DNA of 64,000 nucleotides from Nageia nagi (Eukaryota > Plantae > Pinophyta): positions 30,008,001-30,072,000 of the forward strand of contig JBITNC010000001.1 in the NCBI GenBank assembly GCA_050084985.1. The letters are read 5' to 3'. Below are positions 15,301 to 29,429 of this stretch, in pieces. Every line of letters starts with the position of its first letter. Position 1 is the stretch's first letter. The notes beneath the pieces are model-generated. The model had not been told where the DNA came from. It worked only from the letters and a program-made list of their open reading frames with translations, and ran no database searches. Position numbers and translations under genes: made by a program.

Positions 15301-17025
15301 TTGCAATTAAAGTATTTACTCACCCACAAGACCTATAAGGAAATTAAAGCACAATTTTACTTTTACTCCACCCCATTTGCCATTTTGCTTTTTTTAGTTC
15401 ACTATGGAGCATGTAGGGGAAATCGAGTGAGGTACAGAGGGCATGCAATGGTGCATTAGAGGGTTGTGATGGAGGGATTGTTGGAGTTAGGGTGGCCATA
15501 ATAAAGACCCAAGAGATAATCCCATTAGTGATGGTGCAATGGTAGTGGTACAAAGGGTCAAGGTGTGATCAAAGAGGGGCTACAGGGTCAGGGGCCATAG
15601 GATGATTGAAGGGGGAGGGAACTAGGGCTAGATGCTATGAGGAAATTGGAGGGGGGCCATGAGGAATAGAGACTATAAGGAAACTAAAGTGGGGCTGCAA
15701 GGGACAAAGGTTAAGGGGTGAGTCATAACACCTCCTCCAAGCCCTTATACCTCCTCTAGCCTCTTGGGATGACAAATAGATTGATTGATAAGATGCATTA
15801 TAAAGACATAGTTTTATGGATTGAGACTAATGGTGAGTGAGAGTTGTGGAGCAGGAAGAGGGAGCCATCGAAGGTGGGGTTCCAAGGTTTTCTAGGAGGA
15901 TGGGCCACATTAGGGATAGTGAATGGTAGTTGAGGTGGCATGAAGAGGCTAGTGAGGAGAGAAGAAATGTCATTGGGGGGTGGTTGTTGGTTTCACTGCT
16001 ATGCGAGGGGGCTAGAGGTGCTACTAGTTAAAAAAATATCCCACTCTAAAAACATTAAGCCCCCTTATAATTGTTAATAAGGTCCTACTAATTTTAATAA
16101 AGCATCCCATTTAAAAAAAAAAATATTGTATATTTGAGTTAAAAAGAAACTCCTCCTTTTTTAAAAGGATGTCCATACTCCTTTTTTTAATATTTTATAC
16201 AATACATTTGTTCTTCCCTCCAAAAAAAATATAATAAAATTTGTAGACCAAAAAAAATTTGTAATTTGTTTTAAAAATAGAGTACAAAAAATTACAATAA
16301 AGTGTTACAACAGTATATTATTGCTATGTACTAAGAAATTTTTTACCAATAATAATTACAACTAACAAGGATAAAGTTTTTAATAAAAAATAGAATATCA
16401 ACAATATATTGTAAAAATAAAGCAACTAATACATAATCAATAAATATGTTAGTATCATAAGAAATAGTCTAAAATTTGAAATAAATGGAAGATAAGGAAG
16501 GATGTTATACCTTCACAAATATTTTACCTCAACAAGGATGTAGATAAACCTCTAAGAAGAAGGATGAAAGAGTAGGAATAAAGAGCCTCCAAGAATGGCT
16601 CTAGATATCAATTTAAGGAAATAAGCCTACAACACCAAATTCCTAATTTCCAAAGATCACATGAAAGCTCTCTCAAATCCTTAAGAATTAAGAAAACAAA
16701 CTCAAAGTAGCATTAACACAAGATGACATCAATATAAAGTGGTTCCTCCAACCATGGGAGTACATCCACTAATCTAAGATCTTATTCTCAAAGAGCACTC
16801 TCTTACAACAATATTTTATCACTTCTCCTACAACCTAGACAAGAGCATAAATTTGCTACAAACTTTAGTGAGTAGTATAAAGGAGAGGGAATTCTATTTA
16901 TAGGCCAAAATCCTCCCTTGTATTACCCTTTAAACTAATGTATAATATCATGACATGCATCACCCTTTCACCCAAGGGGCATGTCCATGAGATTAAATGT
17001 AAGATAAGTTACATTATTATATTCA
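9303..17025 (-). mobile_element. Degenerate full-length Ty1/copia LTR retrotransposon
   Basis: LTRs ~9303-9997 and ~16613-17025 share AAGATCACATGAAAGCTCTCTCAAATCC...CCCAAGGGGCATG. Degenerate tRNA-Met PBS at ~16597-16610 and PPT at ~9998-10006. Broken gag (~13000-13810), integrase (~11700-12600) and RT/RNase H (YRKLVSTLICL, KSTSTYVFS, ISWFFK at 10100-11500). Confidence 0.85.
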
Positions 17026-19159
17026 CTAAATACTTAAGGTATCTAGGGATAATATTAATTATTAAGTTAATTACATTAAGATACCTTATAATAATGTATT
17101 ATAAATTCCAACAAAGGTCATGGAGACCAATGGATGTAGATTTGGAAAAGAAAGAGAAGGTGATATGAATGAACTAGAGGAAATGGTGGAGTAGGTAGAG
17201 AAAAAGGGGCATAAAGATATATGTAATTTCATATCCTCATTTGTATTGCAAAGGGTTATGAAAATTTCATATATATTTCTAAATCTTTTCTTTTGCTAGT
17301 TGTCCAGAATGATAGCATGAGAATTTACAGAACATGCCTTTTGTATAATATGTCGCTTCTAGAGGATATGATGGATGAATAGAATGAGTGTGTAAAGGAA
17401 ATGAAATGAGTGGATTTGAATATGGTTTTCATGGATAAATATATTTATATATGGGGTGGAAAAGGTAATAATAACATTATTCAATACTTAGAATGTTCTT
17501 TACAAATTCAATCCTGAGAAAGATCTTTGATTTGGTCATTCTATTTTTATAGGGGTCAATTTAACATATCATACTCAAAACATGGGTTTTGAGGAATAAG
17601 ATTAATATTTTTAGACTTAATTATTTTATATTCAAGTGTTGTCTCAATTTTAATAATCATTTTCATGAGTTAGTAAGAAAAATAATTCTCTTTGGTATTG
17701 TTGTCTAGTTATCTCTAATTCATGGAAAGACCTTTAACTCTAGAATCTTATTCTTTGTTGATGGATAGATTGATCATGTCTGAGGAATTATGTTATCTTT
17801 TGAATTTTTCATTTCTTATATATAAGCATATCCTTCCATATATTTTTGAAATGATATCTTTTCATCTTAGTATGCTTCATTTTTTATGTATTTAGTTACA
17901 TTCACTTCACGAGCTTCACATGACTATTATTTATAAGAACATATTACTTGATCTTCTATCGTTAAATCTTCTACTGATGTTTGAATATATTGATCATATA
18001 TCAAATAAGGTTTTAATGTTACATAGAATGTTGGTATTTTTTATCATCATATGTACGTCAATCCTATATGATATAATCTTTAGCTAAGGGTTTATAAGTC
18101 CTTCTTGAGATTTACCTTGTAATGTTAGGTCATATAATAGTCTTCTCATATCCTCATAATCTTGTTACTAATTTCACAATTCATATCACCTAGGTAGTAG
18201 TGTGTTTCGTAATTGTTGATTCATCAAGAGGTTCTTACTGAAGCTAAGAGCATTCATAAATAACCAAACCCTCTAATAGTACCATATGGAATATTTTTAT
18301 TTATCATTGACACATGTGCGCTAGTCCCAACTTCAATATGCTTCAACCTTGTAGTTCTTAGGTGGTACAAGACCTAATATTGATGTCATTAGAATTGGAG
18401 CTTAGGAAGCAACAATTCCTTTATTTGGTTTCATTCTTTAAATCATTGATGTCATCTTTCATTCTTCTCATGAAAAAGTCTATTATGATAGTATTTACCT
18501 TCTCCTAGGACCCTATTTCTATTTGGCTAATGTCACCCTTTAGTACCAAACAAAAATAATATATTTTAGAGTGATTTGAAGATAGGAAGCTCATGTTTAT
18601 ATTAATGAAGTAGGAGCCCAAGATATAGTTTACCTCAGAGTATCTTGACATTTTAATGTTTTCTATCGATATCATCATACGCACCTAGAATCATTTGTAT
18701 TTCCTTTCTTGGGAGTGTAATTTTATGAAGATGATTTCATCATGGGGAATAATACAAGAATAAGTAATTTGGAGTGGTGTTTTCTCTCCCAGGATGTTTT
18801 GTTAGGAAGATGTTGACATCAGCTAAATAATAATTATTTTTGAGGTTACAAACCACCCAGATGCTTCTCATCCACTTGGGGAGGTATTTTCTTCACTTGA
18901 AAAGTCTTAGTTTTGGTCGAGGCTCTTTTAGAGCTTTTTAGAAATGATCACTAGAAATATTTTTTTGAGCACCATTACTAAGTCATTAAAAGGAGATACC
19001 AGTTGGAAATTGATGAAAAAATGTATATGTTGAAATTTCCATATGAAATTTATAAATTATAATAGTGTGTTTCTTCTTTTGTCATGTGTGGGTTCATTTT
19101 TGGTTTCCTACTTATATTCTTTAATATAGAGATTCTATATTTTTGGTAAAATATTTTAC

Positions 19160-21150
19160 TTTTTTGTAGGAAACAATGGATAGAAGGCTACAAATGAGTA
19201 CATTTTATCCTTAAACTAATGTAAAAATTGAGGTGCTGAATAGAATAGTATATCATCTCTTAAGATGGTATTATGATAAGAATCCAAAGACTTGGGAAGA
19301 GAGTCTTGTGTATTTACAATATTCTTACAACATGTCAGTTCATACTTCTATAAATAAGAATCCATTTGAAACATATTTTGATTACCTTCCACCATCAAAA
19401 CTTGATTGTATTTTAATACAACAAAAGGATAAAGAAGGTATAGTCTTAAAAGAAGAAGAGTAAGCTTAACTTTTTATTTATAAAATTAAGCATATTCATT
19501 TGAAGATGCAAGAACAACTCAAAGTTATCCAATACAAGTATAAGTTAAGACATGATAATCATAGAGTTGACTATAGGAGGGTTAGTGTAGAAATTAGGTC
19601 CACATTATGGCCAAAAAGTTAAGTTTTTTTCTTGATTTTTAGGTTTGATCGTAATTAATCTCAAAAATTGAAGTACTTAGACATGAAATCTTGAAAAAGA
19701 TCATTGGCGTAAAAATGTACCTTCAAGTCTAGTCTTCAAATATATAATTTACTCAAATAATTGGATGATAGAAATTAATTTTTAATAGGTAAGTATAAAA
19801 ATTACTATTTAAAATATATTATTTCATAACCATATCATGCACATGTATGACACATATAATTTGACCTAAATTTAAATATTTATTTTAAATCTCTTTATGA
19901 AAATATACCTAAGACATTGAATATTGTTGAGGATATTGTTTTATAATATTTTTATGAATATTTTTTTAAAACAATTTATCAACCCTAATTGCTATTTTAA
20001 AAATTGCTCGTGTATGACACACATAATTTGTCCTAAACTTATCATTTTTACAAAAAAAAAAAACCATTTTGTAAAGAATTATTTGTAGATTATTTTCACA
20101 TATATTTTTTTCAAACTTCCTAAAAAAAAGCTTTAAAAATATGAAAATCTAATTTTTTAAGTTTATAGACTAGTTTCATTGAAAATTAATTGAAAATAGA
20201 AAATATAATCCGATTGTAAAAAAATATGTATTTAAAATCTACACACTCTCATTTGTAATGGGTTTTAACTTTGTGAAAATATATGCTAAAATCTTCATCA
20301 AATAGACATTGGAAGTCATTATTTTCCGTTTTCATTAATAGGAACTTGCATATGCAAGTCCATGGCTAAGGATGGGCTCACCACAACTTTCCCAAGCCAA
20401 AATACAAAACAAAGAGGAAGTCTTGAATTTCAATTTTACAAGATAGGATCCCATTATTTAAAAAATGGGATCTCCTTTTACAAAATACAAAACAAGATCT
20501 CATTTTTTAAATTATGAAATCCTATTTTTTTTAATAATGGGATCTAGTTTAGGTTTAGAATCCCACAAAAATATTAGAAAATTTCCATTGCATTTTTCAA
20601 AAGTTTAGTTTAGGTTTCATCTAAAAAATTTCTAAGCTTGAAAACTTCCACAACATGTGGACCCAACTTCTTGCTCTTACCTAAGATCCAAGTGGGAGAT
20701 ACAACTTTTTCGTATTTAGTAAGGAGATGTTATAAGGGCTATCTAAGAAGTTGAAACCTATAAGGTATTGACTATTTGATATTATAGAGCAAGTGAAAAT
20801 ACTTTTATATTGAATCTACTTGCTTATATAAATATTTATTCAATTGCTATTGTAGAGAACTTGAATTTATTTTAACCATCCATGATTACTAAAGGTAAGG
20901 AAGAATTGGGGTAGGTTTTACCATCAATTAATGATTTATCTCCAAATATTATGAGTGCACTTGGGGAAGATTCAATATTGTATAATAAGGTTCATACTAT
21001 AAGAAGCGATACAACAAGAATATTGGTTGATTTGGTTGAAAAAATAGATAACCAATAAATCCAAATGGTATGACTAAACCACGGTGGGGGATTATTCTTC
21101 ATCTTCTTCAAAAGTATGCTTTTTGAGGATAAAAATGACTCCTCATCAAG
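19160..21150 (+). mobile_element. Ty3/gypsy integrase C-terminal relic
   Basis: EVLNRIVYHLLRWYYDKNPKTWEESLVYLQYSYN...NPFETYF (ORF 19233-19463); continues after TIR copy B with IQVGD and KKLKP-like sequence. Confidence 0.7.
19579..20681. mobile_element. ~1.1-kb TIR element, copy B (opposite orientation to copy A), inserted in a gypsy integrase relic
   Basis: Ends GGGTTAGTGTAGAAATTAGGTCCACAT / ATGTGGACCCAACTTCTTGCTCTTACC. Splits the reading HRVDY|KIQVGD. Confidence 0.75.
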
Positions 21151-24100
21151 GGATTGTGATTATAAAGGTTCTAATTTAGAGATTAGATAACTTGGAGTGA
21201 AGATGGATACTAAGAATATTCATGCTCAGTATCTAGTATATTTCATTATAATTTGGTGGCATGGATTTATAGAATGGATATCACCAATATCGTGCTTTTA
21301 GACCTTCTAAATTTTAAATGTTTGATTAGAATTTATTGAGGAAGTTGAATTAGTTTTAATCATTGCAATTCATTTAAGGATTTGGAGCTCATCAATTTGT
21401 ATATGAAAGGATGTCAACCTGAAGTTGCATATTGTTGTACCTAGTATGATTATATTTGTTATTGAACCTAATTGAATCTAGGAACTAAGTTGAATGTTAC
21501 AAAATGTTCTTGAGATAATGTCGATATTTGAAATTATTAGTAAATTGATAGTGGAGATTTACAAGTATTGCAAACTATTAGGAGGATAGATTTGATATTT
21601 TTGTAGACAACAAATTACTTATCTCCTATTGTTGTAATACCTCATTTGAAAAAATGAAAAAATTAGAACATAATTTAAAGTGGATTTACTCTCACATTAA
21701 GGGGAACTATAATATACATTTATTTCAATTCATGTGTATATATATAATTTTTTATTATTATTATTTACTTTATTTAGTTTAGTAATTTAAATCACATATA
21801 CAAATAATTTTTTGATATAAAAGAGTAGGATTAAAACCCTTATACGGGAAGCTTTTTATTTGAGGATCCTATTAAACCATAAGTTTTAAATAGGTGATTA
21901 TAAATCATTTTACTTGAGAGAATTATTCAATTTACATAATTCAAAATTATAGCATGGCTCATTGAAAATTGAACCACATAAACTAAAGTTAATTAAAGAA
22001 CTCTCTTGGTGTAAAACCAAGATAATGGTCATAAAGGGCTAACTTACTTTTCATGTTTATACCAATCTTACTTTTATATAATATTCTAATATATTATAAG
22101 AAACTTATCTTTATATCACATGCTCTCAATCATATTTAGATCATAACACATGACCTAGATATTACATGCTGCATTGAAAAAGTATGTCAATACAAAGACC
22201 ATTACTACCTTAAACTCACAAACATATACCAAATCCCTAGGTGGAAAGAGATAATGAAAAGCATTAAAAAATAAATAATCCAAAGGAAGTAGTAGAGAAG
22301 CCTAGTAATCAAAACCGAATTCACAATCAGCCTAAAACACTCCAATAGGCTTGAAGCAAAGACCCAAGAAAAAGGAAATGAGAATGCCTAAGGATATAAA
22401 AATCCATAATCAAATGCTTGCTAAAGAAATTATATCACAAGGAATACCAAATGCATAATTTGAAGGAATACCACTTAAACCCACCCCTCGAAAAATCAGA
22501 GAGAAGGTTACTTACCTCAAATTCTACAAGAAAGGGTATCAGAAGCTGAAATTTAGATTTTGAAAGGATAATTATGGAAGAAGGAAAGATGTTTCTACCT
22601 CAAAATTTCTATGGGTATGCATTGGGAGTGTTACAACAACGCCAAATACTTTGCACCAAAACCTATGGCATTTAATAAACCATAGACATCAACACATGAA
22701 GCAAAAAGCTAATTTTCTATATTTTTTTAATATTATGCTCTATGCTTCATTTTGTTAGATTTAGTATGCTTAGTTTTATCTAAAGCATAAATTCTTCGTT
22801 TAACTATGTATACATAGTTACTATGGTTTGTTCACTATAAGAGTCCGCTTTACTTTTTACATTATAAGCATTCGCTTCATTTTATCTAGACTCTGATAGA
22901 CAAATTATAAAGTTATGAACAAAGTTCTTATATTGTCATAACTATGATGATTTACAAGATTCCTAGAGACCCTTTCAAAACTCTAGCTCTTTTATTATTT
23001 CAAAATTCACCCAACATTAATCAAAACAAAATATCACATGTATTAGGGTAATATATATATATAATACAAAATAAATATCCATTGATTTAAAGTTACCCAA
23101 GGCCTCTTTTTAAGAATCCCTTGGTAAGTTTTGAATACTTTTTCATGTGGATGCTAGGAATTTTGTATTCAATTGTAAATGAGATTTTCATTTAGAATAT
23201 GAATTAGAAAATGCTTGGTAAAGTGTAGCCTTTAAACCATTAATAAACTTTATCAAAATCTTGAAGATGGATTGCAACATCTCAAGTGGGAGAGTTACAT
23301 TGTGATCGAAATTTTCAAACTTACATGGGTTCTTTTGAAAGTCCATAACTCTTTTTTGTAGCAACTTCAATGTAAGTGAGACAAGGTCATATTAAAAGGG
23401 AAATAAAAATACCAAAGATAAATTTATTAAAAAATATTACAGTAAATGTAACAACATATTATTTATGTAGAAAATCTTGAGAGATGTATGGAATAACATA
23501 AGTTGAAGATGAAAGGGGATAAAACCCTATAAGCTTATGAAATTTTCAATCTCTAAAGAATAATTTATTGACAAAATATGCTCTTTTTAGATAAAAATAT
23601 TAACATAATATCTATATCAAATTTAAAATAATATAATTATTCCAATTTACATTTAAAGTTTACTATTACATATCATAATTTTCATCAATTCAAATATTTA
23701 AAATTATAAATAATTGATAACAATCAAAAGTGACTTTTGAACATTAAACAATATTTTATGCAATATAAACTAAAAAGAAAAGAGTCATGAATATAATCAT
23801 AAAAAACATTTTTATTTTCAAAACATTGAACATGATGACAATCAATCCTTTTAAAATAATGCTTACTTCTAAAAAAAACGTAAAAAAATATAACAAATTT
23901 GATATATGAACAACAATCTAACCAATGATAAAGAATAAGCGTAGGCTTTGGATATTACATAAAATTAGTCAAAGTTTTTTTTCGGAAGGAGAAAATGGGA
24001 GTAGGTGTACTGCGCTTGAGTTAACTGTAGTATACGTTATATAGCCATAGAATGTTTCCTTCTAAGACGATCAAATTCTTGTTCACATTTTTTATTAACT

Positions 24101-24989
24101 ATTGATTATTAAGTTTATTTTAAAAAAAAATATTTTAAATCAATTAAAATGTAATACATATTTAAAGTTTGTTATATGTTAAAAAGATAAAAGAATTAGT
24201 TTTTTATGATTTTTTTATTATAATTATTTTATTTTTTTAGTTTGTAATTAAAAATTAATTTATTAAAATTTAATTAAAAGAATTTAATGAAAAAATTATC
24301 AAATAATTTTTTAAATATATAATTAAATTATTCATTTATAAGATATAGATAAAATACATCATAAAATTGAGAAATATTGAATGAAAATATTATACATTAA
24401 AAATATAATATAATATTATAAATTACTTTAATTTAAATAATAAATTTATTCTATCCTTTTACTTGAGGAAATTAGTTGTGCTCTATATTAAAAAGATAAT
24501 AGAATAAGCACAAGATCACATACCAAGAAGAATATGTGGAGTTGTGCTCTTGCATAAATCCCCTCATGGATTTTATTATTTGCTTTTTTTGAAGTTATTT
24601 ACGATTATGATGATTTATTGAAGATTCTAGATGATTGATTGAAGATTCTAGAATAATGTCATTCACAATAGTCTATAGATCTTTAAACTATAAGATAGAT
24701 TATAATGAAATCATCAAATTAAAAGATAGATTAACTTTTTAGATTTTTAAACAACATAATTTATTTCAATCTTGTTTATTTTTTTTAGTAGAAATGTTTG
24801 ATAGAGGAAGAAAATAATAAATCTTTTGTCTATGAGAGAGAATTAAACTTAAGTTCTCCTTTTTAAGTTGAGAGTATTATCATCCACTTGTGATCCCTCC
24901 AACTCTCCTCAAATGACAATTTAAACACAAGAAAAAATTCTTTCAAACATCTAATTTTTTTATTTTTTATTTTTTTAAATCATACAATA

Positions 24990-25465
24990 TTACAATTTGA
25001 GATTACTATTTCCTGTATTAGATGTAATAGTGGTATAAGGGAAATCTAGGATTAGATCTAAGAAACTTCTTTCATACTCATGTCTATCATGACCAGTAAT
25101 GTTTATGTTCCTAGAGTTGAATGAGTGCTCCTCATTATTGGGCTTGTTGTAGTTTTTCTCATGTCCTATGTAGGAATAAGAACTCATTCCTTCTATCCAA
25201 TCATCTAACTTATGATCTTCCAAACTATAGTGATTATGTTCCTTGTTAGTTTGTCCATTCAGATCTTTGAGTGACTCGTCCCAGTTGAGTTGTTCAAAGC
25301 TGCAAAGAGAGAAGAAAGAAGAAACTAGATTGAAGGTGAGTTGCCATTAGAATTGGTGCTTGTATTGTCATTAGCATTCAACTAACTACAAAATGATGAT
25401 GAGAGCATTGAAGCCCAAGAGAACTAATCTTGGGCTGTGAGTCTTGTGACTTCCCACTGTGACAT
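24990..25465 (-). pseudogene. MYB17-like paralogue 3, pseudogene (3' part of exon 3 only)
   Basis: Encodes MSQWEVTRL...[20 protein letters not shown]...[17 protein letters not shown]. In-frame TAG at 25426-25424 and a ~166-bp internal deletion at ~25335. The MYB domain is absent, with copia sequence in its place. Confidence 0.88.
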
Positions 25466-25609
25466 GGCAAGGGGAGGTTGAAGAAGAAAGATAACAAAAT
25501 ATATGTTGAGATTTTGGAACATACAAGAACTATTGTGCAAAGTGGATGGCATTTCTTCTAGTGTTATTGCAAAGATCTCCACTTGAAGGGTGTTTTTCAC
25601 ATTCAAGAG

Positions 25610-27870
25610 GAACTTACCACCTTGGTTAGGAGTCTGCATTGGTCCACAAGAGTTTGCATGCACTAGCTGAAGAGGATACTTGGTCCTATATTGGTGCTTT
25701 GGAATTTTTTCTCTATGTTGTTTGCCTGCAACACAACTTTCACAAACCTCACTAGGTGTATGACGGATGGCAAGAAGGCTTCTCACCAATTTGTGCAGAT
25801 AATTTAATGAGTGAAAGTTTAAATGACCAAATCTTCTATACCATAACCAGGCAAAACCAATGGATGCCTTTAAATAATTTGGTACAGGTTTCATCTTAAG
25901 CATGTACATCCTATTTTCAATCATATGGATGTTGGCTTTAAGCTTGTTTTTGGCCTCTTTTATTATGGTGCACCCTTTCCTTCTAAAACTGGTTATATAG
26001 CCTCTTATACTAAGCTGGTCAATACTTAATAGATTGTGCTTAAGGCCAGGAACAAAGAGAGTGCTATGCATATAAACTATCTTACTAGCTTTAGACTTAA
26101 AGGCAATAGTCTCTCTACCATGGATGTTGGCACTTTTGTTGTCACCAAACCTGACTTGGCCTATGAAAAAGGTGTCAACATTAAGAAACAAGGCTTTGTT
26201 TCTAGTCATGTGGTTAGAGCAACCACTATCAAGGTACCATACATCTTCTTCTTCAGCTAGAAACTACTACAGGTGAGGAACATGCTACTCTTAACTTGAT
26301 CCTCAACATACTAAGCTTTGAGATGGGGATTCTTATTCCAACAATGAGATTCTATGTGACCATGTTTGTTACAAAAGTCATAATATCTAGGGGCGTGATC
26401 TTGTGATCTTCCCCCATAACAGCCTTTTCCATGACCTCTTCTGCTTCTACCTCGACCACCACTTCTTCCTCGCGATGATCCACCTCTTCCATGAGAGGAT
26501 GAAGAAGAACTATGAGTTGATGAAGAGGGCTCTTAGCCTTTCATTATTAACTATCCTTGGAAAGCTTGGTCCAAAGATTCGACTCTATCGCTAATTTTAT
26601 ACTCATAAGTAGTTAAACTACCCTGCAACTCTGCAAGTATGAGTTGGGACAAGTCCTTTGCTTCTTCAATGGCAGTGGTGATGGGATCAAACCTTCTAGG
26701 CAAGCTTTGAAGCACCTTTTTGATAATTTTGGTGTCTCCCATCTCTTCACCATATGAATGGAGGGCATTTATAAGATCTTGTATCTTACAAAAGAAGAAA
26801 CTTATATTTTCTTCCTCTCTCGTATGGAGAGATTTGAAGTCCTTAAAATCTAAAGCTTTACCACACTGACCTTAGCTAATCCTTTATATGGGTTCTCCAA
26901 GATCTTGCATGCTTCCTTAGAAGTCTTACACTCTAAATTTTTTGAAAAGATTGACACATCTATTCCAGATTAGATGGCAAATAATGCCTTGGCATCCTTC
27001 CTATGGTTCTCCAACACTTCTCATCTGTAGTCATGGATGCAAAGGCAACTTCATTTGAGTCGATAAATCCCTAGGAAATAAATATGCACAGGTCTTGAGA
27101 GATAAGAAATGTTTGCATTCGGATGCACTAGTACTCCTAATGGTATCCACTGAAAATGGGAATATGCAACTGTAGTGAATTTCCTTACTTGGAGTCCATT
27201 TAACCCAAAAAATCTTCCACTTTGATACCAACTGAAGGTTTTGAAGGACAAAGAGAAAAAATAGTGTGTATAGCTAGAGCAAAGAAAGGTTAATCACAGG
27301 AAGAATAAACAATGAGATAAATTGGAGACCAAAATATATATGTATTGTAGAGAGGTAAAACTATTACAGGGCCCTTTCAAAGCTAACAAAAAAACATACA
27401 TAGATGTTTTCTATGCTCCTCCATCCTTGTTTTTGCATACAAATTGGTTATATAGACTTATACTAAAATAAAATATTACATACATGCTACTTGGTCAAAA
27501 TGTAATTAACTAGAGCATGGCTCCATGCATGCATTCTATCATCTTTTTTGCAGAGTAGAGGAAGCCCGTGCCCTTATATGCATTATGTTTGAAACACATT
27601 AAATGGTTGCAGAAGGTAGAATCAACCATTTTTGTACAAAAATGTTAATATCGATGTTCAAGAATTCATGTTGATAGTTGAGCATTTAATTCCAAGGTAA
27701 AAATCCCTTATACACACATTTTGTTGTGTAAATTCAGCATCTAATGCAAGAGGGATGTGATAGTGCAATAAGTCCCTAGATTCGAGCTCTAAAATGGTGA
27801 TGTCACTCACCAAAATCGATGAGTACAACAAGTCTTGGAGAGTGGTAGTACCCAAAGTTGATAAAGCCCA
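25610..27870 (-). mobile_element. Ty1/copia 5' half: LTR, PBS, gag, protease, start of integrase
   Basis: PBS TGGTATCAAAG at 27230-27220; LTR from 27233 rightwards; gag (KKVLQSLPRRFDPITTAIEEAKDL), zinc knuckle at ~26340-26380, GAG-pre-integrase LWYRRFGHLN and CESCVAGKQHR. Confidence 0.85.
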
Positions 27871-28139
27871 AAAATAATAAGTCCCGATGAATAAATCCTA
27901 GATGCGTAGGAAATAGTGCCCAAAGAATAGATCTTGGAGTAGGAATAGCTTGAGAGAAATAATGCTTAGAGAAAATAAAAATAAAGCCTAGAGGAAAATA
28001 TAGCTTGAAAGAGATAAACATAGCCCAAAGTTCAAGAGGTGAGTCTGGCAAATAATAAGTCCCGATGTTTGGGGGTTGTTACTGCCCAGAATGAGGATGT
28101 CCCGTAGGTTGAGTGGAGTAGATCCAGAAGAATGACACC

Positions 28140-29429
28140 TAAGAGCTCGTACCTACTCCTAAGGATAAAAAGGTAATTAATGTCAAGTGGATTTATAAAT
28201 TGAAGCATAATCCTGATAGTATTGCAAAGCACAAAGCCTATCTAGTTGCTAAAGGATATGTTTAGAAGGAAGGGTTAGATTATGAATAGACTTTTGCATC
28301 GATTGCATTAATTAGTAGTCCATTATTACACTTTCATCAGCAGAAGCTAAGTATATTGCTGCCTATGCCATTTGCACATAAGCCATTTGGCTTGCCAGTC
28401 GGTTTGAAGATTTGGGCATAGATATTGAGATCCCCATTTTAATGCATTATGATAATCTTAGCATGATTGCCATAATTAAGAACCTTGTATTTCATAGCAA
28501 GACAAAGCACATTGATATACACCATCACTTTATGAGAGATTTAGTTGAAGATGGCTTTATCGAATTTCATCATTATCCTATGGATGCTCAAATTACAGAC
28601 ATCTTTACAAAGTCATTGTCCAAGGATCATTTCTACTACCTTCGGAGCCAACTTGAAGTCTAAACCTTAGACATTTAGGAGGTGAATGTTGATGAATCTT
28701 GACTAGCTCAGGATATTGGTTGGAATCTCTATATATTGCATATGTATTTATCTTTATTTTCTTTATTTTTTTGTATTTTTATCTTGGAGATTAAAGGGGC
28801 GATTTAAAATGTTAATCTCTAGACTTTCATGTGTTATCAACTTTCGGACTTTGTTTCACCCATCCATTTTGATGAGTGGCATCACCATTTTAGAGCTTTA
28901 ATCCCGAGACTTATTGCACTATCACATCCCTCTTGAATATGGATTTACACTACAAAAACATTTGTATAAAGGATTTCTACCCCATAATTAAATGTTCGAT
29001 TGCTAACATGAATTGCTGAACACTAGCATTAACATTTTTGTACAAAAATGGTTGATCTACCTTTTGCAACCATTTAATGTGTTTTAGACATCATGCATAC
29101 AAGGGCATGGACTTTTTCTACTCTCTGCAGAAAGGATGATAGAATGTGTGTATGGAGTCATGTTGCATTTAATTGTATTTTGACCAAATAACACATATAT
29201 AATATTTTATTTTAGTATAAATCTATATAATCAATCTTAATGCAAAGAAAAAAAATGATGGAAAAATATAAAAAATAGTTGTGTATGTTTTCCTGATAAC
29301 TCGAAAAGAACCTTGTAATAATTTTACCTCTGCAATACATATATATTTTGATCTCCAATTTATCTTGCTGTTTATTCCACCTCTAATTAACCTCACATTA
29401 TCTTTTCTCTTTATCCTTCAAAATCTTCA
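28140..29429 (+). mobile_element. Ty1/copia 3' half: RT fragment, RNase H, PPT, 3' LTR (28687-29429)
   Basis: WIYKLKH...LVAKGY fragment, then DNLSMIAIIKNLVFHSKTKHIDIHHHFMRD...DIFTKSL (28412-28663); purine tract followed by TGTTGA at 28687. The LTR is a reverse-complement homologue of 27233-27870. Confidence 0.85.
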
